DNA of 56,444 nucleotides, the filler included, from Squatina squatina (Eukaryota), in NCBI GenBank assembly GCA_031763465.1. It is 3 parts of 3 records of this genome, joined end to end, with 100 filler letters (N's around TTAATTAATTAA, not from the genome) between each part and the next. Parts side by side here need not be neighbours in the genome. Positions count along the whole stretch, not along the records: positions 21,510 to 41,765 come from JARFOE010000115.1; positions 41,866 to 56,444 come from JARFOE010000194.1; 1 more part is not named here. One strand, 5' to 3'. The translations under genes were made by a program, and so were the position numbers. Below, piece after piece: positions 35,731 through 48,366 of this stretch. The notes under the pieces are model-generated. The model was not told where the DNA came from. It searched no databases and worked only from the letters and a program-made list of their open reading frames with translations. Every line of letters starts with the position of its first letter. The first letter of the stretch is position 1.

Positions 35731-36792
35731 TGAATAAACTGGGACTAAGCTGGAAAATCAATGCAAAGAGGTGGAAAGCTACAGTTTACATCATATTTTA
35801 ATCTGTGGAGGATGCCACAGTTGCTTAAAATATTGTGACTTCCAAATAGACAATGCTTAGCAGAACCAGATGAGAATTAGGGGAGCATCTGAATAAGAGG
35901 ATTATTTGCAATCAGTGTTAAGTATTCTTATTTTAACAGTAAAACAGTACCTCGTTATGAAATCCTCCTAATCCAAGAAACCTCTTTATATACCTTTGTA
36001 ATTTTAACCTGTTGTCCCTACAAGTCTACATTGTTCAAACGCATCCTGTATTATTCAGCAGATTGTAGCTTGAGGATATTTCCTTGTAATTGTTTTGTAT
36101 TTTTTCCTGTTTAAAACTGAACGTGCAGGTTGAAGAGATTCTTGAATTCAGTGATCAGCTGATAGAGGCCTCATGCCATCACTGGGGCCATTACGGTAGT
36201 TGTTTTAAAATGCAGAGGTATTGGCTTGAATACTGTGCTATTAACTTTAGCATGGCTGTCATATTAAACTGATTGAGATCTGGCTCCTAACAGGTGAAGA
36301 GAAAATATATGCATTGAAGCCTGTGTGCAAGAGCTTCTACTTATTGCAAAATTCCCTGTGAAGTTCTGCATGAATTTTTTAAAAACACTACTGAGAGACC
36401 ACACAATATTCACTCTTACAAAGCTCAAGTCACTTTTTTTTATTTGAACAAAGTTTTACAAAAACTGTTTTACTTCATTCAACTTAAACTTTGTTCACTG
36501 CAATGTACTGGTATGTGTGTGTGTAATAGTTTATCTGTGCAGAATACGTACGACTGTATTATATCTCTCTGCTCCATGCCAGTCCCTTCACTGGTGGAGT
36601 TCAGTCATTTTCACTTCTGTGCAGACCAGATGTTTTTAAGATGCTGCTGCTTAATTTTCTTAGATCTGTTTTAAAGTTGTCTGCCTGATTTAGTTTTTAA
36701 ACTGGAAACTGTTGCAGTTGCAGGGTGTCGAATGTAAGGACGGTGCTGCCTTCGGAGTTTTAAATGTGAATTAACTGAATGAAGAAGTTTCT

Positions 36793-36798
36793 AATAAA
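36793..36798 (+). terminator. Probable SPSB4 polyadenylation signal
   Basis: AATAAA ending about 1.06 kb of repeat-free, AU-rich 3' UTR-like sequence. Repeats resume shortly after. Confidence 0.55.
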
Positions 36799-38859
36799 GT
36801 TTACTGTCCAAACTAGAATTAATTATTTCTAATCCATGCCTTGCAGAATAAGTGGGTGTATATACAACAAGGCTGCCAATAAGACAGGAAGTTAATTCAG
36901 GACTAGTAGAAAATGTTACTGTGAATTAGCTGGCCATAAGATTCACATGAGAAATACGGATAAGTAAGGTCATTCTGCTCATCTTAACTCATCCATCTAG
37001 AAAAACCTACAGACAGACCCTCCCCACTTCAACATCCGACTATCCCATAAATAGCTCCAAGGCTATTTCCTTTACTACTTTATCTGGATCTCCATTCCAA
37101 TTATTGATCACTCTCTGTGATCTGGACCCTGTTGAAATCCCTTCATGGCCTTGCCCATCTCTATCGCTGTAAACTCTAGCCCTACGACCCCCACAAAACT
37201 CTGCATTCCATCCGACATTCGTCTCTTCTGTATCCATTTGTCCCACCATTGGTGGTTGTGTGTACAGTTTTCTAGGGCCCTACACTTTGGAATTTCCTTC
37301 TTAAATCCTTCTGCCTCTTGACTTCCCTTTCCTCCTTGAAGACCTTCCTTNNNNNNNNNNNNNNNNNNNNNNNNNNNNNNNNNNNNNNNNNNNNNNNNNN
37401 NNNNNNNNNNNNNNNNNNNNNNNNNNNNNNNNNNNNNNNNNNNNNNNNNNATAGCTTCAATAAAATAATAGTGGTGAACCAATCAAAAATCACTTCTGCC
37501 ACTATCATGGCTCTCCATAAACCAAGCACATCCTCTTGGAAAAAAGGTTTGTAACAGACCTAAAAAAGTAATTTTTTTTTTTAAAAAACAAAAATGAGAT
37601 TAAACTCACCTATGTTAGAAATGATCATAACAATGTTTCTCGTGGCAAGCCTGTGAGATGCCTAAACCTCAGGTTCATACAAGTTCAAAGTCATAACTGT
37701 TAGCTGAGGAGATTAACCATGATAGCAGCCTACAGCATGCATCAGTCACAACTTTTAGAATTTTGTGATCGACAAGAATGGGCATCCACGCATCATGCTA
37801 GATATTGCTGTTTCTAAACCCCACTCATCCAATGCAAAATTGCTGAAAATAGAACCCCCCCAGTTATAATTTTGACAATTAAAGTAATTGGAATCTGTCT
37901 TTTCTTTTGCATAAAAGCAATAGGAACTCCAACTTCTTTTCCTGAGGCATTACATTTGAGAACAATTTACGTTACTATATTCAAAGGGTTATTTCCAGCA
38001 TGTTTACGTATGAGAAATAAAACTTTAAACCTTTTTAAAAAAAATCAGTGCAGAAAGCCCTTATTAGAGGAACTTCCCGTCTGCTGTTATTCTTACTGCA
38101 TCGCCTCCAAAATAAAAAGAGCATCGAGCGGTGAAGACTTGGTCCTGCAATACCCAGGTGGTTTGTGTTCAATTTCTGGCACCAGCAGGGTCCCGGTTTA
38201 ACAGAAACAAACACCAGCCAGAACAGCAAGCCCTTTCAGTTCAACCACACTTCTAACCTTTACCCTGTCTATGTGACAGATGGAATTCACTTCAGAAATG
38301 TAATCCTGTACCCTGTTTACACAGCACCTTGACCTCAAAAGCAGGACGTAGGTCAGACTGTATCAAATGACGGTCTGTGGCTTGCTCTGTGTTGTGTACG
38401 GTGATAAAAACCCAGTAGGGGACAGGCAATAACTATGATATTGATTATTTTATTCAATTAAAAAAGGCAAGAAAACCTTGAATGTAAACTCAATGAACAG
38501 TTCTAAGAATGCCTTTTAACATTAAAACTGTTCAGCTGCAAAGTCAAGACTGGTTTGGACCTGTGAGATCTCTAGAAGCTTTTGTCATGTATCAGTCAAG
38601 GGTGCAGTAATTATTCAGTTCAATTGACAAGTAAGTGACTCGCAGAAGTTAATTACAATTTTGCTTTTCCATTAACCCAATAAATTGTTATCTTATTTAT
38701 TTTTCCTCTCAGAAAACTGCAGCCAAGCATGACAACCTTGATGTAATCTTGCACATAATNNNNNNNNNNNNNNNNNNNNNNNNNNNNNNNNNNNNNNNNN
38801 NNNNNNNNNNNNNNNNNNNNNNNNNNNNNNNNNNNNNNNNNNNNNNNNNNNNNNNNNNN

Positions 38860-39090
38860 ATCTCTCTGCAAATGGCAGTTAATAATATAGAGAGTCTGAC
38901 TTATCTGCTTCCTTATTTATCCCTCAACCAACACCACTAAAACAGACTGTTTAGCCATTACCTTATTGCTGTTTATGGGACCTTGCTAAGTGCAAATTGG
39001 CGTCTCTGTTTTCCACACTTCAAAAGTACTTCATTAAATGTGGGATGTCCTGAAGTTGTGAAAGATGCTATATAAATGTAAATTCTTTCT
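38860..39090 (+). mobile_element. SacSINE1/DeuSINE-like 3' fragment
   Basis: GGGACCTTGC..TGCAAATTGG...CACTTCAAAAGTACT...GCTATATAAATGTAA matches the 3' half of 7401-7824. Confidence 0.7.
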
Positions 39091-39619
39091 ACTTTTACTT
39101 CATTTGACTTGTATTATTGAAAAGGTTTGGTACCTTGTCACCTATCTGATTTAATCCACACTATTATCTGCCTGAAATTTTGTGCATTTTGGACTTTTGG
39201 GCCATTCTACAAGGTGGAAATCCTGGCTGCCAGAAAAATGGTTTGAAACAGAAATTAATTTAAAGCACATATTGAAACAGGATGTATTTATTTTCAATTA
39301 CTGTCAGTTTTCAATATCCACTTCATTAGGTCCCCTCTATTGTAGCAGATAACAGAGGTATTTAAAAAGGGAAGTAGAGCTCACTCAATTAATGTATATT
39401 TTTAGACTACATTATTTTCAATTTTCCAAGCACTCTAACTTTTCCGAACAATTTTTAAAATCTCCAGTATTTAATATATAAATTTAGGCAGTTTTGGTTA
39501 ACAACGAAGGAATTTAGTTCAGTGTTGGGACACATGGCTGTTGTTATAATCAGGTGTGTGCCCTTAAAGAAAACCAGATAAAAAGTCATGTGCTTACCTC
39601 TACACCGCTCGATGTTTAA

Positions 39620-40660
39620 ATCCCTTCAGTTTGATATTGCCTTAGTCAAGGTAATTAACAATATCTTTTGTTGTCCTATCAGTGGTGTTTTACACGGTTG
39701 GATGCTGCATCCTCTGTCTCCATCTCTTCCTTTGTGGCACTATCGCCACTTGATTCGACTCCTACCTGTTCACTGCAAGCAGAGGTTCCCTGGTATCGCT
39801 TCTCCTGGCCTATAATTCAGAGGCAGTCCAGGCTTAATCACTGAACCTTCCATAATTTTTCACATGCTACTCTTCAACAAAATTATCTGTAGGCACAGGG
39901 TCAGCTTCCATATGTATTTTGTGACGCCTAGCTCTACCTCTCCAACCTGGACTCCCAGGATCACCACTACAAGCTGTGGATGAAGCAGCAATTTCTCCAG
40001 CTAAATATTAGTAGGACAGAAGGTCATCTATTCAGCCATGGCTAAAACTGTACACTGCAGTTCCTAATCTCTGGTTGCTTGTTGAGATTGAACAACACTG
40101 CGCACAACCTCGCTGTGCTATTTGGCCTTAAGCAAACCCCACATCTTTCAATTATCAGATCATTACTCTTACCTTAAGACTACCAGTCAAACTATTGCCC
40201 GTGCTTTCCTCCCCTCCAGGGTTAAGTTCTCGAAAGTCCAGTGGCTCTCACCCTCCATAAGCTCCAACATGTTCAAAACTCTCTCACACTGCATCCCACT
40301 CGTCTATCATTTCTGTCCTCACTGATTTACAGCAACTCTCTGTCCCCAATGCAGTGAATTCAAAATCCCAATCCTTGTTTTCTGAGCCCTCCCTGGTATG
40401 CCTCTTCCTACCTTTGCAACACTACCTGCCAGAATGCACCATGCACTCTTCGAACTCTGGCCTCCTATGCAATTCCCCCTTTCGCCTGAGCCTTCAGCCA
40501 TCTTGGTCCTCTTTTGAGCTACCATGCTCTTCCAGTTCAAATGCTTCCTGAGCACCCCTCTCAGTCCTTGCCTTCGATCCCTTTCTCTAACTTTTAATTT
40601 TTTCCCCCCAGTTAAGTACCTTGAACTGTTTATTATGTTAATGCTGCTACATCAATACAA
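39620..40660 (+). mobile_element. Highly degraded L2-like LINE 3' portion
   Basis: C/T-rich decayed RT-like sequence (CAGCTTCCATATGTAT..GTGACGCCTAGCTCTACCTCTCC; TGGATGAAGCAGCAATTTCTCCAGCTAAATATT) with no intact ORF. Similar tail at 37140-37350. Confidence 0.55.
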
Positions 40661-41765
40661 CTTGTTGTATTTGGTTTGTATCAGCTAATACAAGTGTTAA
40701 ATGAAAGATAATTATCTTCTGTAATTCTATCAAATCATTTATTGGAGATCAATGTGTATACATATACATATGTGTAACAGAATCTGAATACTGCATATTA
40801 AGCAAAGATTGGAAAAGTCTATTGGACAACAGTTAGAGCTCCCTTTCCAAAAGTAACCATCCTGAACATGTTTGAGTTCAGACCAGAAGCCTGGCAAGCT
40901 TGGCATCACTATTTGATTTACTCACCCCTTTTCCTACCCTTTTCAACCCTGGCATTGTTGTACACTATGAGCCAACACCCAGGTTTCTCAACAACAATAA
41001 ATACCTGTGGTCTCAGTTACCTACAGCCACTAGGCCACAGCAGCAGTTGCTCACTTTTGAACCAACGCATCTCCCTGACAAGCTTACAGTTTTGAGAGTA
41101 GTTGCTTTAAATTCAAGGTGATACCACAGAGGAGGGAGAGAAGTGTTTCACTGCAGCATAGCAAGTGGATGAAAGCCTTGTTTAATACAGAAACCAAGTA
41201 GTGACAACAACAGTTTTATAAAAACAGTTTATTTAAAGCAAAATATACATTTGACAGCCATTTAATAAGTGTGTCTTTGCACTTTTCCATCTGAAATGTC
41301 ACATTTGGTCGAATATACCAGAAAAAAAAACTCTAAAACATTTACTTTAAGATCAGTACATTCAAAATCTGTGGCAAATCTTTAAAGGCACAGTTTCCTG
41401 TCAGCATTCCACTCATTTATCGTACATTGTATTTCCTTATTACAAAGATGGGAATTAGCTAAGTCCTGTTGTCTGTATAATATTTGTTGGAATATTGTAG
41501 GGGTGTTGCCCAAGCCCTTACGATGAACAAAATATTTTTTTTTAATCCTCTAATTCTGTACAAATCTACACAACTCAGTAGTAGCAACAAGCATTCAACT
41601 ATTATAAACAATATACAAAGTGTAGAACAGTAGCACTGGTACTAGAGCATTGGAATACCAATAATAGGGTTACTGGCTCAAATCCCAATCCCTACCGCAA
41701 CTGGCATTCAACCATGACTCTTGCTGGCTGGCAAGTTTTGACAGTCCTCAGTTGGTCACAAGGTG

Positions 41766-41865
41766 NNNNNNNNNNNNNNNNNNNNNNNNNNNNNNNNNNN
41801 NNNNNNNNNTTAATTAATTAANNNNNNNNNNNNNNNNNNNNNNNNNNNNNNNNNNNNNNNNNNNN
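41766..41865. other. Artificial scaffold-joining spacer
   Basis: 44 N + TTAATTAATTAA + 44 N. Confidence 0.95.
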
Positions 41866-42691
41866 ATGGTCGAAGACCAATTTCATTCCCTTTCTTATAA
41901 AGCAGGGCATGAATGGAACCTGAATCTCTGAAGCTAAGCAAAAAAAAAAGAAAAAAAAACTGGGCTAGATTATACTGTCCAGTCCCTGGAGTGGGGCTAA
42001 ACTGGATAACGTTCTGATTTTGAGATATGAGTCTAACACTGAGCCGAGCTGATAGTTAATACTGATCATATGGAATAGTTACAGAATACATGAAATATCT
42101 TGATGCTGATGATCATTCTTAAACTTCTACTGGAGAAACTGATATTCCTGCAACAAGCCTATCTAATGATTAATCAATATAGAGAGGTACAAGTGCTAAT
42201 GGTATCAGCTATACCATATGAAAGTGAAATCAAAACAGTGCGTGAAAGCAGATCAACTAAAAGCAACGTTTCTTTAAATAAAAGAAAAGGCAACTGCGGC
42301 ATTGGTCAACTTATTAGCCCATCTCAGTTTGAGGAAATGCACTCTTCACTCAATTCCAGTCTGTAACCAGTAATACCCAATTTTTCCAAAGAATACATGA
42401 AGAACGACATTTTTAGAATGGCTCAATTTCTAATTTATCAAAAGAAATGACAAGCAAAAATACATTATTTTAACAATAGTTCATTAACTGCTTACTATTG
42501 ATCCTTTTGTTTAAGACTTGATGAACTATTCAAATCTAATTCTGTGACTAAAATTAAATCAGTTTTTTTAGAAAAAGCAATTATTTTTCAAGCTTAATTA
42601 TCACAATGTTTCCTTGTGTACATCTGAGTAATCCATCATCTCCTGAAAGCCTTATTTTGCAAAATCTGTAACTTAATTATGATTTACTCAC

Positions 42692-42824
42692 TTCCAAACA
42701 ACCAAAGTCAGGCACTTTCCAGGTTGATACCGCTCGACCTGAACCAGATCGCCCCAACGTTCACGTATTAGCATCTGTGCCTGTGAGTGTAAAACTTCCA
42801 ATTGCAGTGACAAACAGAATGAGT
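42692..42824 (-). CDS. MED14: Mediator subunit 14 coding exon (equivalent to human exon 8)
   Basis: (H)SFCLSLQLEVLHSQAQMLIRERWGDLVQVERYQPGKCLTLVVW(N). 133 nt, CAG acceptor, GTGAGT donor. Not in the ORF track. Confidence 0.94.
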
Positions 42825-43723
42825 CTGAGATAAAAGGTTAAGGAATGCTAAAAGAAAAAGCTAACACTGAAAACATTTTTTTGATGCAAAATCTCAATAC
42901 TGTCTCGTATTTAGTAATATGAAGAAAAAAAAAACTTAATTTTATATCTTGTACAAATATTAATCACACATATTTGCTTATAATGATGATTGACTCGAGG
43001 GGCACAGGTTTTTAACAATACAAGGGCAAGGGATGGGGAGAGCAGGGAGGATAAACAACGAGGACCATAAAACGGCAGNNNNNNNNNNNNNNNNNNNNNN
43101 NNNNNNNNNNNNNNNNNNNNNNNNNNNNNNNNNNNNNNNNNNNNNNNNNNNNNNNNNNNNNNNNNNNNNNNNNNNNNNNNNNNNNNNNNNNNNNNNNNNN
43201 NNNNNNNNNNNNNNNNNNNNNNNNNNNNNNNNNNNNNNNNNNNNNNNNNNNNNNNNNNNNNNNNNNNNNNNNNNNNNNNNNNNNNNNNNNNNNNNNNNNN
43301 NNNNNNNNNNNNNNNNNNNNNNNNNNNNNNNNNNNNNNNNNNNNNNNNNNNNNNNNNNNNNNNNNNNNNNNNNNNNNNNNNNNNNNNNNNNNNNNNNNNN
43401 NNNNNNNNNNNNNNNNNNNNNNNNNNNNNNNNNNNNNNNNNNNNNNNNNNNNNNNNNNNNNNNNNNNNNNNNNNNNNNNNNNNCTCTTGATACACAAGAT
43501 TGTTGCCTTTTTTTTTTTTACAATTGTGGCCACGATTATTCACCAGATTTGTCTCACTACACATGGTGTAATAAGCGCAGCTGCTTAATGGAAGTTTAAA
43601 AGGTTTAATTGTTATCAACTTTGGATAATCCATATTATATCAATAGTAACAAGATTCAGTGACCAGCAACTCATTCTTCTCTAAAAAATTGTGTAACATA
43701 CTATTCCTTAAGAATTTGGATAC
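42825..43723 (-). other. Probable U12-type (minor spliceosome) GT-AG intron of MED14
   Basis: Donor GTATCCAAAT. Branch site TTCCTTAAC at 42845-42837, 12 nt from the exon start. Confidence 0.75.
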
Positions 43724-43831
43724 GTAAACAGTTGTACATGTCTTGCAGAGGTTTCTCATCAGCAAAGAGTCTGGACTGTACCAGCCGGTGGATGAAGTTG
43801 ATCTGCATACTATGAACCAGAGCACGACCAT
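43724..43831 (-). CDS. MED14: Mediator subunit 14 coding exon (equivalent to human exon 7)
   Basis: (D)[35 protein letters not shown](H). 108 nt, phase 1 at both ends, joins the next exon in frame. Confidence 0.94.
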
Positions 43832-45960
43832 CTGAAATAGGATAAGAATGCAGTTTTAGAAACATTAAAAAACTACTAGGCAGACATCTGTATCAACAGA
43901 AAAGCTCTATCTAAAAGAAAAGCAAAAGCTATGAAATGATTTGAGCTCAGAAAGGTGCAAGAAATTAGGAGGTGTGCTTCACATCACTGTGGTTTGGTTC
44001 AAGTCCTAATGCTGCTAATATTCAAAAATATCCCAAAAAGTAGTCAGTTCTCAGCTAATCTACGAGATGTGATTTCTAAAAAGTAGCAATAAAGTATTTA
44101 ACCTCAGGAATAAAAATCAAATGCCACTCACTTTTTGCAGAAAGCCTACAGACTATCACATGAAAATACAAGTGTGAGCTTAGCGTTTAGCTGAAATGAT
44201 GACAATTTGAAAATCTTGCAATTGTTAGAGAATTCCCAACAAAATGAAGTAATTGTGTTAAGGCAATAATTGAAACATAAATTTTGAAAAAATATAAATA
44301 CTGGGACTGGAAGAGAAGCAAGACAATAGTTTACCAGAGTAATTTTGGATTTGTTACTGAAGGCAGCACGAACTAGAAAAAATAAATGAGGACTAACTTT
44401 TGATTGACAAAAAATCCAAAGCACAAAAGGTGAGCTGTTGAAGTGCAGCCTAGTAGGCGTTCCAGCGGAAGTGTGCATCCAACAAAGAATGATTTGCAAT
44501 AATTTGTTTATAAATTATGTTGCTGCATACTTTGTTATTTTATGGATTAATCATTCAGTATTAAAATTGTGTAAGCATCTTTCCCAAAGTTTTAAGTTTA
44601 CTGCTGGTCATAGGATACCAGATGGAATGGAAAATCACTTCAAAAAGCTAAGTAAGGATTACTGGGTAAATAGGCTGTGTGGTATGATGCTAAGTCAGAC
44701 AAACAAGAATGTTGAATTCCTGTGCATTACTAAGTTAACTCATCTTGTTTAGGGCATATCATTGGTCTCGGCACCTCTGGGCTAGGGAGAGGGAAAATCA
44801 GCCAGGCTTCCCATTTTTCATTGGAATCCAATGACCAAAGCTGGAATATACATGTGTATGTAGATGATCAGATTTGGCTGTAATACCTTCTACAAAATAC
44901 TTTACTGACCGCTCACTGTTCAAACCTGCATATGAAGAATGGTCACTTCAACAAAGTACTGCAGGGCTGCTCACACTTGCAAATCTGTATGTCNNNNNNN
45001 NNNGAACATCACCCTATAGGAGAAAATTCTGGGAGTGTAGCGGGAGGAAACCAGGCAGCAGTCAAGCCTAGCTCCGAAACAGAAATGCTTACTACATAAG
45101 TTTGGAGATGAGGCTTGGCGCATAAGATAGACAAATAAAACAATGATTTCCTTAGTGTAAAAAGTGTGGTAATTTTAGGAGCTGAAGATATAGTCCAGAG
45201 ATTCAAGTCAGATTCCATCCTGCTATATTGTATGCAGTGTTAAAACTTCTGTTTCTAGTAAAAGTAAAAATTTGTGAAACGCCTGATCCTTAGCATAGTT
45301 TAGTGATATGTTANNNNNNNNNNNNNNNNNNNNNNNNNNNNNNNNNNNNNNNNNNNNNNNNNNNNNNNNNNNNNNNNNNNNNNNNNNNNNNNNNNNNNNN
45401 NNNNNNNNNNNNNTGTACAAATGTAAGCTCAAATCAACGAGAAGCCTATGAACATCTCTGTTTCATTCCATTTAGCATTGATTATTTTGCACAATGTCTA
45501 TAATTAAAACGTTCATAAGCCATTGAACTTGCTGGTCAAAAAATCTTGATTGGCTCCAGTATCACAAAAAAACAACTGTATTTGAACAATGCAGAGTACC
45601 TCAAGTATAAATAAATAAGTAGAAAACTACTGATGAAAAATAAACAAGCAGCAAAATCATTAACGCTCAACAACTAACAAGCGAGAAAAGGCGAGCAATG
45701 AGAAACCACCACAAAACCAACCAATCAAATCACTCAAAATATGTTTCCAACATTTTTTGGAGGCCATGTTGGTTTTCAAGTCACGGATGACGATATGCCG
45801 AAAAATTAAATCTATACTATATTAAAAACATGAAACACTTCTTAAAAATATCACTAAACTTGTCCATAACGTAACTATTTTCTTTTAGAAATAACTAAAA
45901 GTTTTCACCACACAGACTTGATTCTTTCTCTGGGGTTGGGGCTTGGGTTCTGGAGCTTAC

Positions 45961-46065
45961 TGCATTTCCCTAAGCTTTCCTTCCGATGTCTTGCAAGTAC
46001 AGAGCTTGAAAAACCTGGTTGCAGTCTACGATAGTTAGGAGATGCCAAGATCTCATTTTCCTTCG
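45961..46065 (-). other. Candidate 105-nt stop-containing cassette exon within a MED14 intron
   Basis: Acceptor TTTATTTATTTCAG|, donor GCA|GTAAGC. In the MED14 frame it reads RRKMRSWHLLTIVDCNQVFQALYLQDIGRKA*. Confidence 0.45.
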
Positions 46066-47021
46066 CTGAAATAAATAAAGCAGCACAAAATTGAATTTAT
46101 TTATTTGCTGCCAAAAGAAAGAAAGAAAGAAAGTCAGGCTGCACAATTTCCTGCCTGTTCATTTTTCTTCTCCCAATTATCTCCCATTTTCTTCCTTACA
46201 ATTACTTTCCCTTCCTTCAAAACAGCTAGCACAGGAAATAAAATCCGAGGCCCAGCCACGCCAAGTGCTGCCATTTCCCAAAGTGTTCCCAGACTCCAGA
46301 CCCCAAGTCTGCCAGACCCCAACCCCATTCCTACCTTCCCTGAGTGCTTTCTAGCTTCAGACCTCAGATTACACAAAATATTCTTTATTTACTGCAATTT
46401 ATTCTCTTTTATGTTAGAATGGGTGGGATACTCCATAAATATGCAGGTGTTTCTGACCACAGAAATGTGATACTATTATTCAGGGAGATTTCATTATGTA
46501 GAATAGAATCATATAATTTTATTGCACAGTGCCTTCAACTTCGGCCCATTTCCCAAACCTGTTCCCATATGCTTTAATTTTTTCTTTTTCAACTATTTAG
46601 TCACTTCTCTTTTAAAATCTATTAATACGGATTCTGCTGTCATCAGTGTTTCTGGTGGGGAATTTCAAATCTGAACAACTGTTTAAAAAAAAACATTCTC
46701 CTAACCTTACCCTTCATTCTTTTGGTGGTGATCTTAAATTTATGCCCTCTGTTACCAACTCACTGACCAGTGAAAACAGTTTCTCCCTTTTCAGTTTAGT
46801 AAAATTCTTCATTATTCTGAAGTTAAGTCAATACATACAGCCTCGGTAAGAATAACCTTAACTGCTAAAAGTTACTATCAACTAGAAAAATCATCAGCCA
46901 ACTTATTGTTTTGTATGATTTTGATTCCTGATTTTATATTAAATGAGTTACAACACAAAGGACTTCACTATAATAAATAAAACATAACTCCTGTTCTTGT
47001 GAGCTTAGGTCAGTGGCTTAC

Positions 47022-47195
47022 CCGAATACAAGTGGGCAGGCGAGGGTATGACCCCGTAGTTAGAACATCAATAGCAAATGGAATCGCAAAGCTAGGCAGG
47101 CGAGCATGAACCAAAGCATCTCTGGCTAATGATGCCATTCGATCAGCAGTGTCCACAAAGATGAATGCCTGCTTATCCAAGAAATTTGTTATCAT
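47022..47195 (-). CDS. MED14: Mediator subunit 14 coding exon (equivalent to human exon 4)
   Basis: [58 protein letters not shown]. 174 nt, TAG acceptor, GTAAGC donor, phase 0/0. Confidence 0.96.
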
Positions 47196-47619
47196 CTATA
47201 TATAAAAACAGGAAAAGAATTAATGACACTGTGTACAGTACAATGAAACTGCAAAATAAGATTATGAATATCAACAAAACTGAACTAAGGAGCTGCTCAC
47301 AAGGTTGGTGCCTTTTGAACCCAGTGATGGTGAACCTCATTATNNNNNNNNNNNNNNNNNNNNNNNNNNNNNNNNNNNNNNNNNNNNNNNNNNNNNNNNN
47401 NNNNNNNNNNNNNNNNNNNNNNNNNNNNNNNNNNNNNNNNNNNGCTGCCTGACCTGCTGAGTTTTTCCAGCATTTTTTGTTTGTATCCTCGAAACAATAT
47501 TGGGCAGATAGATTTTTGTATTTTTCTCATCACAAAAATGCTGGAGGACTTTACTTCAACTTTGCTTACCCTTTAATGTTTCTGAAAGAGGGGTGTGGAG
47601 GGAGTTTGAAAACCACTTT

Positions 47620-48330
47620 TGTTGCTTTGTCGATAGATGGCGCTTGTAAACGTGTGGCCTCCTCCGCTGGCTGGTGACATCATCATCCGGGGGCTGCGGG
47701 TGATGTCCGGCCGGGGACTGAATTGTTGGAGACTTCAAGCGGCGGCGTGAGTGGAGGGCTCGGAAAAACAGATATTCATGGAATAAGAGGGAAAATGGCA
47801 GCAACAGTCCCATTCCCCTTATATTAAAAAAAGATCCAAAGACGAACAGCCAGGAGGTTACGTAGAACCAGGGCTTTTTTATTTTACATGAAAAACAGGC
47901 TGACTTTTTTGTGGGCTGGGGTAAATTTATTATTTTTGGAAAAAAATCCGATGATGGCCTTAAACAAACGGGACAAAATCCCAGAATAACCCGATTCTCG
48001 GACCTTTATATTTTTTCCACTTTGTTTAAACCCGCTCTTCACTATTTTCTTCCTCTTGTGCGTCTCGGTGTCGTCGCAGGCCATTGCGTCTGCTCTGTTT
48101 GTGCAGTTTTTTTTAATAACGCGCACCGCCGCCATATTGTTGTGTGGCTCGGTCCTGGTGAGAGCGGGGCTGGTGGTTGATGCTGATTCAGTTAAAGGGT
48201 AACAGGAAGGAATAAAACAGAAGGGGGAAATAGGGGAAAAGAAACGAAGAAGAAACAGAAGGAAGAAAAAAAATTGGGCACTCAGTTCATCAAGTCCACA
48301 CCTTGCTGCCATGTTAACACTGCCTATCAT
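47620..48330. promoter_or_regulatory. CpG-rich promoter-like region between MED14 and USP9X, with a candidate non-coding plus-strand first exon ending at 47746
   Basis: High CpG density relative to the flanks, several YY1-like motifs (GATGGCG, AAAATGGC, CCGCCATATT, GCCATGTT), and a GTGAGT donor at 47747-47752. Confidence 0.65.
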
Positions 48331-48366
48331 GGACTCTGCCCACCCATTTAATCTCCCTTCACAACA

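Noticed and set aside
47884-48330. 148-aa minus-strand ORF as MED14 exon 1
   Set aside because: No similarity to the MED14 N-terminus (MAPVQ...YRLSTLIEFLLHRAY). It is low-complexity promoter/intron sequence.
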